Positions 1 to 7,966 of a stretch of 64,000 nucleotides of DNA are shown piece by piece. The DNA lies in sequence record MZ475895.1; one strand, 5' to 3'. The position numbers were made by a program, and so were the translations under genes. Each line of letters starts with the position of its first letter. Positions within the stretch are counted from its first letter, which is position 1. Below the pieces are notes generated by a model, which saw only the letters and a list, made by a program, of their open reading frames with translations, was not told where the DNA came from and ran no database searches.

Positions 1-573
1 CAGGCGTCCTGCGATAGTGATCGCCACACCGTTAAGCGTAGTATCAGCAGTATCAGGCGCAACGATGCGAAGCTGATCACCAGATACGAGAATGATTTCC
101 TGATCTTGGTAAGCAGCAAGCGGAGCAAATACGCCAGATTTTGAACCAGCACCGAATGAGACGGTACCAAGCTGGATAACAGCCGCAGTTGCAGAGTCAT
201 ACGCGCTGATCTTAAAAGCAGAAGCAGCGGTAGCAGCAACGTCGGCAGTAGCCAGAGAACCTGCAAAGTTTTTAGTGATAGCTGTTGTGCGCACAGAGAG
301 GAAACGAGAAATCTCCTGGCCACCAGCGTAACGCTTGAGCACGTTCATGCCCAAGTCGTATGGGTTGTATGATTGTAGTTGATTAACCCACTTTGCTCGC
401 ACTTGGCTATACACGTATAAGCCAGGCTGGTTAGCACCAGACACAGCAGTCAGGTTCCACACGCGGCCGTTAGTCGGGCTAGCAGGGAAAGTTGGGCCAG
501 AAGAATTGGGATCACCTGGGGCGCGAACAATCTGAGAGTTCACACCTGCAAGCTGTAGACCGTAAGATAACAT
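1..573 (-). CDS. Virion structural/fibre-associated protein, 3'-partial (runs off window)
   Basis: Manual translation MLSYGLQLAGVNSQIVRAPGDPNSSGPTFPASPTNGRVWNL... is open from the ATG at 573 to position 1. AAGGAG RBS upstream. 'FPASPTNG' is typical of phage fibre linkers. Absent from the ORF track because the stop lies outside the window. Confidence 0.75.
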   Translation of the reverse strand, partial: MLSYGLQLAGVNSQIVRAPGDPNSSGPTFPASPTNGRVWNLTAVSGANQPGLYVYSQVRAKWVNQLQSYNPYDLGMNVLKRYAGGQEISRFLSVRTTAITKNFAGSLATADVAATAASAFKISAYDSATAAVIQLGTVSFGAGSKSGVFAPLAAYQDQEIILVSGDQLRIVAPDTADTTLNGVAITIAGRL

Positions 574-584
574 CAGTATTCTCC

Positions 585-806
585 TTAGGCGATTCGCACT
601 TCACCAGTCACCGCGTACGGGAAGGTAATCTTAACAGTGTCCGAGTCAACGATGACTACATCCAGCGGCAGCACTTGATGTAGCTTACCATCAGGTTGCA
701 TAGTGCATGTAGTCACGGCGACAGGACGCCCGAAGTTGTGCAGAATCGTCCATTCAGAAGCAGGCGTGTCTTGCTTGAAGCTACGCCCCATCGAATAGTT
801 GAGCAT
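585..806 (-). CDS. Small structural protein, single W-x3-HN-x-G beta module
   Basis: 73 aa, GAGG RBS. WTILHNFGRPV...ITFP module is shared with neighbouring genes. Confidence 0.7.
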   Translation of the reverse strand: MLNYSMGRSFKQDTPASEWTILHNFGRPVAVTTCTMQPDGKLHQVLPLDVVIVDSDTVKITFPYAVTGEVRIA

Positions 807-827
807 AAGAGCCTCGCGATTGTGGCG

Positions 828-1424
828 TTAGTACAGGATTACAGTGCCAGACTCAGGATTGTCGAAGGTAATCGTCAACTGGCTGGTGCTGTCATGCACG
901 ATAGACTTAGGCTGCACTTCATTCGCACCTTGATAGATACGCACCGCAGGGTTATAACCGAGATTATGCACAACAACCCACGTAGCCAGATTCTCGTAAG
1001 ATGCAGTGAATGCAACGGTAGGAGTAGGCAGACCTGACTCAACGCCAGACAACAGTACCGCAGTACCGGCCACAGCAGAAGGGAAGAGGACAACGATGTT
1101 GTTAGCATCATCAGCGTGAATTGAAGATGGCTGCACCACGTCACCATTCTCATCGTAGCACTGTACGATAGGCGTAGCGGTATTCATCTTGTGGTTAATC
1201 TCCCAACGAGACGAGGCAGTAGGTTGCGAGTAGCGAACCATAGTCATCTGTTGAGTTAATGGAACCCAGACAGGAACATCTTCGATAGACACGCAGAACA
1301 TCAGACGCTTGTCCATGAAGATAGCCATACCAGGCTTAGGGTTAAGAGGCCAGTCAGTCGCTACGTCAAACGCGAAGTTAGCAAGTGAGCCAAACTCTAA
1401 ATCAAGAGTCCCTAGGACTTTCAT
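828..1424 (-). CDS. Structural protein with two W-x3-HN-x-G modules
   Basis: 198 aa. WEINHKMN...VLFP and WVVVHNLG...ITFD repeats. AGGAG RBS. Confidence 0.75.
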   Translation of the reverse strand: MKVLGTLDLEFGSLANFAFDVATDWPLNPKPGMAIFMDKRLMFCVSIEDVPVWVPLTQQMTMVRYSQPTASSRWEINHKMNTATPIVQCYDENGDVVQPSSIHADDANNIVVLFPSAVAGTAVLLSGVESGLPTPTVAFTASYENLATWVVVHNLGYNPAVRIYQGANEVQPKSIVHDSTSQLTITFDNPESGTVILY

Positions 1425-1444
1425 AAATCTTTCTCCTGAGAGGT

Positions 1445-1474
1445 AAAAGGGGCAGGCAGAAGCCCACCCCTTTT
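1445..1474 (-). terminator. Rho-independent terminator
   Basis: GGGGTGGGC-TTCT-GCCTGCCCC followed by TTTT on the minus strand, just after the stop of 1488..3107. Confidence 0.75.
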
Positions 1475-1487
1475 GTATGTGTCGTTA

Positions 1488-3107
1488 TTACTCAGCCGGA
1501 GTGTAAGCGTTCGCACCAGTAACGAATGCGATTGCAACTTTCTTCTCGGTGGTCAGTTCAACACGCAGCGTGTTAGCGTCAACAAACACGACCTCATCAG
1601 GGATGATCTGATAGCCGGTATCATCAACGACGGTAACGGTACCGTATTTGACGCCTGCATTGTGTGCGAAGGTGTGAGTAGTGTTAGCCACGTCACCGCT
1701 TGCAGTTTTGTCGTACTGGTACAGCTTAGCAGCAGAACCGCTTGAGCCAGCAGCAATCGCATCGTCAACATATTTCTTGCTGACAACAGACTCATCAACC
1801 AGCGCTTCGGTGCCGGTCAGAGTAAGGGCTTCGACAGCGCCGCCTTCACCAGCGATGAAACCAGCGCTTTTTAAGGCGTCTTGGTCCACGATGATTTTGC
1901 TGTTGGTAGTGTCCTGTTTCAGGCCAGTACCCAGAGCAGCGCCTGCAATCTGCGCATAACCAACGCCACCATCAGTGATTGCCAGACCATCAGCAGTACG
2001 TGACAGAGTAGCGCCGTCCAGTTTAACGCGAGTAGCACCAGCGTTATCTTCCAGGCCACCAGCAGCGTCCAGCTTAGCAGTAACAGCGTTGCTAGTGATT
2101 TCGATACCAGCGCCAGTAACCACGTTAACGACGTTCGAAACTTTCTCCAAACCATTGCCTGGGTTGAAGTCAGAAGCGCCGCCGAAGGTAGTCCACTGAG
2201 TAGCGTCGAAGCGACGGTATTCTTTGATGCTCTTAACCCACGTTACAGCGCCACCAGCTTCGCTATCAGCAGGGTTGAAGACAACAACGAACGCAGTGCC
2301 ATTGTAACGCACGATAGCGTTATCAACCAGGCCGCTGATAGTACCGAAGTTCGGGTTAACAGTGTCTGCATCGAGGATGATGTACTGCTTGCCGTTTTCC
2401 AGCACAGGGTCAAGGGTGCCGTCAGTCTGAATGTCATCAGAATCGTGCAGCCAATCGATACCAGCGATAGCGTTGTCAATGTCGATCTTACGAGCGGCAT
2501 CGTTCGCGTTTGCAGGCGCGGCCAGGTTGGTGATGGTGTTACCGTCAGCGTTCAGGTCACCAGTCAGAACACCAGCGCCTGCGTCCAGCTTACCTGCCAG
2601 AGCAGTTTCGTTGGCGTCAGATTTGTTCTTGACTGCGGTGATCTGAGTCTGGATAGAAGAGGTAGCACCCTTCAAATAACCCAGTTCAGTTGCAGTAACA
2701 TCGCTGGTTTCCAGAGTGCTGTCAGCGCCTGCAAACACAACGGCGTTTTCAGTCAGGCCAGACAGTTTATCCTGCTTGCCGCTGATAACTGTTTCAACGT
2801 GCTTCTTACTGACAGCAGCGTTATCTTCTGACGCGCTCTGGTCTGGACCAGACAGCAGCAGATCGGCAGTCATGGCTACGGTACCGTCAGCGAGGATAAC
2901 ACCCTCTACAGAACCACCGCCTTCACCCAGCTCTTTGATTGCCGTACCGTCGAAGTATTTATACTTCTTGTCTGTGGTGTTATACCACATGCGCCCTTCC
3001 TGTGCGGCAACCAAGTCACCTACAGCAGGGTCAGCGGCAAGTTGTTCCGGGCGGAAGTTCTTGAGCTGGGCACCTAACATCAGTTCAATATTACCAGTAC
3101 GCATCAT
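1488..3107 (-). CDS. Tail fibre-like structural protein
   Basis: 539 aa, Gly/Ala/Thr/Asp-rich, with fibre motifs (GRMWYNTTD, AVSKKHV/VVSKKYVD, DAARKIDID) and a C-terminal HN-x-G module. Confidence 0.7.
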   Translation of the reverse strand: MMRTGNIELMLGAQLKNFRPEQLAADPAVGDLVAAQEGRMWYNTTDKKYKYFDGTAIKELGEGGGSVEGVILADGTVAMTADLLLSGPDQSASEDNAAVSKKHVETVISGKQDKLSGLTENAVVFAGADSTLETSDVTATELGYLKGATSSIQTQITAVKNKSDANETALAGKLDAGAGVLTGDLNADGNTITNLAAPANANDAARKIDIDNAIAGIDWLHDSDDIQTDGTLDPVLENGKQYIILDADTVNPNFGTISGLVDNAIVRYNGTAFVVVFNPADSEAGGAVTWVKSIKEYRRFDATQWTTFGGASDFNPGNGLEKVSNVVNVVTGAGIEITSNAVTAKLDAAGGLEDNAGATRVKLDGATLSRTADGLAITDGGVGYAQIAGAALGTGLKQDTTNSKIIVDQDALKSAGFIAGEGGAVEALTLTGTEALVDESVVSKKYVDDAIAAGSSGSAAKLYQYDKTASGDVANTTHTFAHNAGVKYGTVTVVDDTGYQIIPDEVVFVDANTLRVELTTEKKVAIAFVTGANAYTPAE

Positions 3108-3128
3108 GTTCTCCTAGTGCGTGGGGGA

Positions 3129-3872
3129 TTAGAAAAACTGACCGTCACATTCACCAAGACTGCAACGCAGTTCCTGGTATGCAGCGATCCGTTGTTCAAT
3201 TACATTAATAAACTTGTCATCAATATCATACTTCACACGAAGCGGAGCATCATATCCTTCTAAGAGGCCGTGACGTCGATACGCATCTGCACGGAGCAGC
3301 GGTGCGCTAACGTGAGCACGTTCCATAATGCTTAAATCTATCTTATCGGCATAGATGAACGGCCGCTCTCGTTTACACAGAAGGTAATCGATCTCGTGTA
3401 AATTAAAGAGTGTGAAATTCATATAGCCAATAATGAACTCCGCAATCAAACGAAAACTATCTGCCATATCTGCACTCAGATTGTGAGCGAGTATGGGTTC
3501 TATGTGTGGTTGCAGTTCAGTACGCATGTCGTACCAAGCTTCACACAGAACAGCAGGGAAGTCTTCAGGGTGAGCGGCCATAAGACCCATCACCCCTTTC
3601 TCCATATCTGCGAATGAGCTTAAAAGATTAGCGGTATCTTCAGGTGTTTCAATACCGCGACCCGTTGAAATGAACTGGCATTCAATTTCTCTCAACCAAG
3701 ACTCGGACGCAGATAGGTATTGGAGAAGTGTCTCCCGCGCGCCAGCCGAAAACTCATGTCGGTCAGACTCAAGAGCCTGGTCCAACAAGAAGGCTTTAGC
3801 TTTGTAGAAGTCACTATAGCGTTCAGCGGTAAAGCGGCGGAACGCTATATTATTTCTCAAATAGCCTATCAT
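3129..3872 (-). CDS. Hypothetical alpha-helical protein
   Basis: 247 aa ORF with an ATGA overlap to the upstream gene. No family recognised. Confidence 0.7.
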   Translation of the reverse strand: MIGYLRNNIAFRRFTAERYSDFYKAKAFLLDQALESDRHEFSAGARETLLQYLSASESWLREIECQFISTGRGIETPEDTANLLSSFADMEKGVMGLMAAHPEDFPAVLCEAWYDMRTELQPHIEPILAHNLSADMADSFRLIAEFIIGYMNFTLFNLHEIDYLLCKRERPFIYADKIDLSIMERAHVSAPLLRADAYRRHGLLEGYDAPLRVKYDIDDKFINVIEQRIAAYQELRCSLGECDGQFF

Positions 3873-4372
3873 CGCAATTTCCTCAGATCATTCGACTCCG
3901 AAGCGCCTAAGCCGGGCGGAGCCGTATACAACGAACTGGAGAGGCTCTGCAATCTTAGCCCTAGCTTCTCTAGCTCATGTTGATTACCATCAAGACGGCC
4001 TAACACTTCACGCATTAGGTCAACTGACTCCTGATGGTCACGGGACTGCTGTGATATAATCCGCTCAAACCGCTGAACTGCTCGAAGAACTGAGTTCAAT
4101 CCCTCTTTAAGATCTATATTGTCGACCTGCGTGGTTTCCGAAAACTCATTAAGGGCTTTGAGGACCTGCGCTAGTTCTGCTTCTAGTGACTCACCATCGA
4201 GCACTACGGGATTTGCTTCTAACTCGGCTAACTTCTCTTTGACCCGTTCATAGTCCTGCATGTCGGGAATGACTTTCCACCAGTAAAAGCCAGCTCCTGC
4301 AATGAGAAGAACTACTGACAGGACAGTTGCGAAGTTGGACGCAAGCACTTGTCCTAGTATTTCAGCCCACAT
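3869..4372 (-). CDS. Membrane protein: N-terminal TM helix plus coiled coil (holin- or i-spanin-like topology)
   Basis: 167 aa. TM segment FATVLSVVLLIAGAGFYWW followed by a heptad-rich region. Function inferred from topology only. Confidence 0.55.
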   Translation of the reverse strand: MWAEILGQVLASNFATVLSVVLLIAGAGFYWWKVIPDMQDYERVKEKLAELEANPVVLDGESLEAELAQVLKALNEFSETTQVDNIDLKEGLNSVLRAVQRFERIISQQSRDHQESVDLMREVLGRLDGNQHELEKLGLRLQSLSSSLYTAPPGLGASESNDLRKLR

Positions 4373-4377
4373 TTCTT

Positions 4378-4662
4378 CTAACCCTTACAGGCTCGGTCAT
4401 TGAGTTCGATAATAACTCGCTGTGCGCCTGGTTCGTTTACATCAGTGGTTTTATACGTGTGCGCCATCTTTGGCTTGAACTCTAAGCAGCTCTGTCCATA
4501 TCGTCCGTCAACGACGCAGATAGCAGACAGGCAGCTCACATCTTCCTTGAGGATTCTCGATTCAGGATCTGGGTTGACACTTCTAACGGCCGTGACAATA
4601 AGCGACACAAAGGCCAAGGCAATGCCAACCAAAATCACAATCTTGATTTTCCCGGCGTTCAT
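4378..4662 (-). CDS. Small signal-anchored protein with 4 Cys
   Basis: 94 aa. KIKIVILVGIALAFVSLIVTAV anchor, then a Cys-containing soluble domain. Confidence 0.65.
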   Translation of the reverse strand: MNAGKIKIVILVGIALAFVSLIVTAVRSVNPDPESRILKEDVSCLSAICVVDGRYGQSCLEFKPKMAHTYKTTDVNEPGAQRVIIELNDRACKG

Positions 4663-4693
4663 TTCGCTCTATCCAGTTGAATTTTGATAGGAG

Positions 4694-4701
4694 AAATTAG
4701 C
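4694..4701 (-). promoter_or_regulatory. GCTAATTT candidate late-promoter motif
   Basis: Exact octamer in the intergenic gap, 32 nt upstream of the ATG at 4662. Confidence 0.55.
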
Positions 4702-4723
4702 GACCGCGCAGATCCTAAACGGG

Positions 4724-5761
4724 TTATTCATCCAATACTCCACTTATATCTTGGAACATGTTTTTATACACGAGGCTACCTCCAAGTTTGTCCAGTCGTT
4801 CAATCGAAACATACATGTGCGGTTCTGTATTCACCTGTGCCCACTTGTTGTCTGTACTCAGGTTTTCCAAAGAAGGAATAAGAACGATGCTCAAGTTATC
4901 AGAAGCCCTAACGAAAGCCACATCGATATGATTCTTATTGATTCGAATGATGTATCGGTTGATTGCGTCCAAACCAACCGTGCGATTGAACTCTACATCA
5001 CTGACTGTATTCACCAAACTAATAAGGAAGCCTTTCGAGCGACTGTTTATGTCGAACAGCGAACTCTTCAACTCAGAGAGGGTAGTAGCCGAGAAGTGTT
5101 GAACATCATGGCCCTTGCCTCTTAGACACTCACCCAAGATGCGACTCGATTCAATGTGCGCGGTGTTGTCATCACGCATGATATAAATCGGTGCACCTCT
5201 GTTGTATGTGCGCTCGGTAATCTGCTGTATCAGGTCGCATGTAGGCTCCGTAACAGTAGACAGGCCTTTATACGCAATAACAAACTTGTCCTTGTACAGG
5301 TCGTAAATCTCAGGCGGCATGTACTTCATGTAATCATCATCAAGGCTCAAAATCAATCGAGGCTTAACGAGAGGAATCACAAGCTGCACAGACCGCAGAG
5401 CGTCCTTGTACTCCGTGTCCGATAGCACACGGTTTATAGGTAGGTACTGCACAGTCACATACGGGTCAGAGCCTGTATCGACGATAGAGCGAACGGCTGT
5501 GCTGCCTACATTAGGACCTGCGGAGAACTGAGTGATAATCATCAAACTGTTTTGGCCTAAGCCACCGCCACCAGCAACTGTAGTAGCACTACCATCTGCA
5601 TTCTGGACTGTCTTAGAGCGCGTCAGCGTTGGCGCTACTCGGTCGTCTCGTCCGTTATCGGCATATACATTAACTGCGCAACACCAGAGACAGCTTCCAA
5701 GAACGTAAGCAGCAATACGTTGTCGGGATCTGCGTCTGCCGGGTTGACGGTGTCCGGCCAT
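4724..5761 (-). CDS. Secreted protein resembling an ABC-transporter substrate-binding (type I periplasmic binding) protein
   Basis: 345 aa. Basic n-region, IAAYVLGSCLWCCAV h-region and VYA cleavage site. 'KPRLILSLDDD' resembles the PDLIIAxDD motif of ABC_sub_bind-like proteins. AAGGAG RBS 7 nt before the ATG at 5761. Confidence 0.55.
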   Translation of the reverse strand: MAGHRQPGRRRSRQRIAAYVLGSCLWCCAVNVYADNGRDDRVAPTLTRSKTVQNADGSATTVAGGGGLGQNSLMIITQFSAGPNVGSTAVRSIVDTGSDPYVTVQYLPINRVLSDTEYKDALRSVQLVIPLVKPRLILSLDDDYMKYMPPEIYDLYKDKFVIAYKGLSTVTEPTCDLIQQITERTYNRGAPIYIMRDDNTAHIESSRILGECLRGKGHDVQHFSATTLSELKSSLFDINSRSKGFLISLVNTVSDVEFNRTVGLDAINRYIIRINKNHIDVAFVRASDNLSIVLIPSLENLSTDNKWAQVNTEPHMYVSIERLDKLGGSLVYKNMFQDISGVLDE

Positions 5762-6459
5762 AATACTTCTCCTTTCTCGTCAGTGACATAAGGAATACCG
5801 GCGCCTTTACCCAATCCATGACGTAAGGCCCATACGGTGTCGGCATTCTCTTGAACGAACACAAGACCATGCACCTGTGCTTTATCCCCTGTCTGCTCAA
5901 GCGCTGTCACACGACTATCGAGTAACTGCGTTTGCGATTGGAGAGCACGAATCGATGCAAGGTTGGAGTTAACACGCGTGTTCATATTGTTGAACATGGT
6001 GAAGAAGCTGTTGTTCATCGCAGTACGGACGCTGTCCGTGTACGACTTAGGAATCAGCTCATTGCTGTCAAACGTTGTTGCGCCCGGTCGAACGAATACC
6101 TTACCTTGAAGTGTACCGCCGCTCGCACTGATAATCTGAGGTGCAGGCAGATCAGCTGCATCCCAAGTCTGAACAGTGTTCATCACAGTAGCGTAGTCCG
6201 TTTCCTCCTGCCACGTATTCTTGTACGGGCTGGTGGCTGTTTTAGACTTGCGGCGTAACACTTTCTTGTAGCTGGCGTTGGCACCATCAGCAATGATCCA
6301 GAGACCGTTCAGAGGGAATGTATGCGTAACAGGTTCAGCAAACGCCAGTATGATAATGACGTCCGCTCCTACCTTATACACAATATCATTCGACGCCGAA
6401 AGTCCCTGCTGTTGCGCAAGGCTTACGAGCGTGTCCACATAGTTAGTCAACTGGCTCAT
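5635..6459 (-). CDS. Fibre-associated structural protein: coiled coil plus C-terminal H-x-LG beta module
   Basis: 274 aa. Coiled coil MNTRVNSNLASIRALQSQTQLLDSRVTALEQ, then WALRHGLG...LTFLEAVSG. Confidence 0.7.
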   Translation of the reverse strand: MSQLTNYVDTLVSLAQQQGLSASNDIVYKVGADVIIILAFAEPVTHTFPLNGLWIIADGANASYKKVLRRKSKTATSPYKNTWQEETDYATVMNTVQTWDAADLPAPQIISASGGTLQGKVFVRPGATTFDSNELIPKSYTDSVRTAMNNSFFTMFNNMNTRVNSNLASIRALQSQTQLLDSRVTALEQTGDKAQVHGLVFVQENADTVWALRHGLGKGAGIPYVTDEKGEVLWPDTVNPADADPDNVLLLTFLEAVSGVAQLMYMPITDETTE

Positions 6460-6919
6460 CCGAAACTCCTAAGGTTTTTAGAATTGAAGAACTTCTATCG
6501 GAGAAGGCTTTTGCAATTGACAGAGCAGCAGCCTTATCGATAACGATTGTGCTGATAACGCCTTTGGTGTTGCATACGATTGTTTGAGGAGCGTAGTCAA
6601 CACAAGCTAAGGCGAATAGCAGATGATTACCGAGTTCACCGCTGATACAAACGTCTACGTCGAGGTCAGGCACGTAAACGTTCTGGTTAATCTCAGAAAT
6701 AAACTGCGCCAGCGCAACGGGATCAAACTTAGGAGGCGCTGTATCGTATTCCGCAATCAAGTCAATCTGTTTGGTTGCGGGATCGTATTCAAATGCGTTA
6801 ATGTCCGAGATGATACGACCAAAGAGTTCGTTGCTTACTTCAATGCAATACTCATCAGACTTCTCACGGACGCGACCAACTACCTTGTTAGTCGCTGGGT
6901 TGATACGAATGATTGGCAT
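6443..6919 (-). CDS. Hypothetical protein (possible fibre assembly chaperone)
   Basis: 158 aa ORF in the fibre cluster, overlapping the downstream gene start. Confidence 0.6.
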   Translation of the reverse strand: MPIIRINPATNKVVGRVREKSDEYCIEVSNELFGRIISDINAFEYDPATKQIDLIAEYDTAPPKFDPVALAQFISEINQNVYVPDLDVDVCISGELGNHLLFALACVDYAPQTIVCNTKGVISTIVIDKAAALSIAKAFSDRSSSILKTLGVSDEPVD

Positions 6920-6921
6920 AA

Positions 6922-7743
6922 TTAGTCGCCCTCTGCACTATACCAGAAGTCCCAGCCGACAACGTTTGTGCCAGTAGACTTAATGGTGAAGCCACCCAAC
7001 AGGGCGTTCTCGTTCATCGCACTTGTACCATCCAGATTATATAGCTGGAAGGTCCGAGATTGATTGGTTGCAGTATTGACGAACGTGATTTGCACAGACA
7101 CACAGCGGTTGATGAACGGGCTGTTGAAGATAACGTTAATCGTATCAGTAGTGGATGTATTCACCACACGACCAAAGTTCTTCGTGTAACCAGTGTTCAG
7201 ATCGCGGTCGCTACCAATCCATGCGTTAGGAATAGGCTGACCTGTGATAGGGTCAAGCGCTTGTGCTACGAGATACTCATTGATAGCAGCATCACGTCCT
7301 GCATTACCAGTAGGACCAGTTGGGCCTGTAGGACCCACACCACCTGTGTTACCTGTAGCGCCGACAGGCCCTGTGTTACCAGTAGGACCTTGACGGCCAC
7401 GCTGACCACGAGGGCCAGGACAACCGTCTTCACCATCAGCACCATCACGACCATCAGCACCAGGCAGGCCACGTAGACCGTCTTTACCCTGCTTACCTTC
7501 CTTGCCTGACTTCAACTGGTCAGCAGTAGGCAGGCCAGGCACTGTGCTCTGACTACCGTCTGGCCATACAATAGTAAGCGTACCACTCACTGGGTCGAAC
7601 TGTACGCCTTGTGATCCCGGAATGTTAGCTGCCTCTGTCGGGTCAATAAACGCAACAGAGTTCAGCGTTTGTTTGCCGAGAACTTTACCGACAGGAAATG
7701 CACCGCCATCGATTAGTCCCGGACTTATTTTCTGCAAAGACAT
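6922..7743 (-). CDS. Collagen-like fibre protein with C-terminal lectin-like beta domain
   Basis: 273 aa. About 24 Gly-X-Y triplets. C-terminal 'INVIFNSPFINRCVSVQIT' is typical of phage fibre tip/H-type-lectin-like domains. Confidence 0.75.
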   Translation of the reverse strand: MSLQKISPGLIDGGAFPVGKVLGKQTLNSVAFIDPTEAANIPGSQGVQFDPVSGTLTIVWPDGSQSTVPGLPTADQLKSGKEGKQGKDGLRGLPGADGRDGADGEDGCPGPRGQRGRQGPTGNTGPVGATGNTGGVGPTGPTGPTGNAGRDAAINEYLVAQALDPITGQPIPNAWIGSDRDLNTGYTKNFGRVVNTSTTDTINVIFNSPFINRCVSVQITFVNTATNQSRTFQLYNLDGTSAMNENALLGGFTIKSTGTNVVGWDFWYSAEGD

Positions 7744-7753
7744 GGGCTAGCTC

Positions 7754-7957
7754 CTAACCAGTCAGTGTTGTCCAATCAGGTTGGCCTGATTGACCCGCTT
7801 CGGGATTCTTAACTTTCGTGTTGTTGATTGTCATACGAATCCAACGCACAGTACCGTCAGAATCCTGCCAGCGAATCTTCGTTCCACCGTATGCTAAATT
7901 AGCTACCCATCTGTCTCTGCTAGGGTCTTTGAAAGCAAGACGTGCATAAGCAGGCAT
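7754..7957 (-). CDS. Small structural protein
   Basis: 67 aa, AGGAG RBS. Resembles the N-terminal ~45 aa of 10884..12905. Confidence 0.65.
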   Translation of the reverse strand: MPAYARLAFKDPSRDRWVANLAYGGTKIRWQDSDGTVRWIRMTINNTKVKNPEAGQSGQPDWTTLTG

Positions 7958-7966
7958 AAGTTCTCC

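Noticed and set aside
7896-7903. Exact GCTAATTT inside the 67-aa gene
   Set aside because: It lies in coding sequence (A-N-L), about 150 nt from the next start. It could be the chance occurrence, so it is not called as a promoter.
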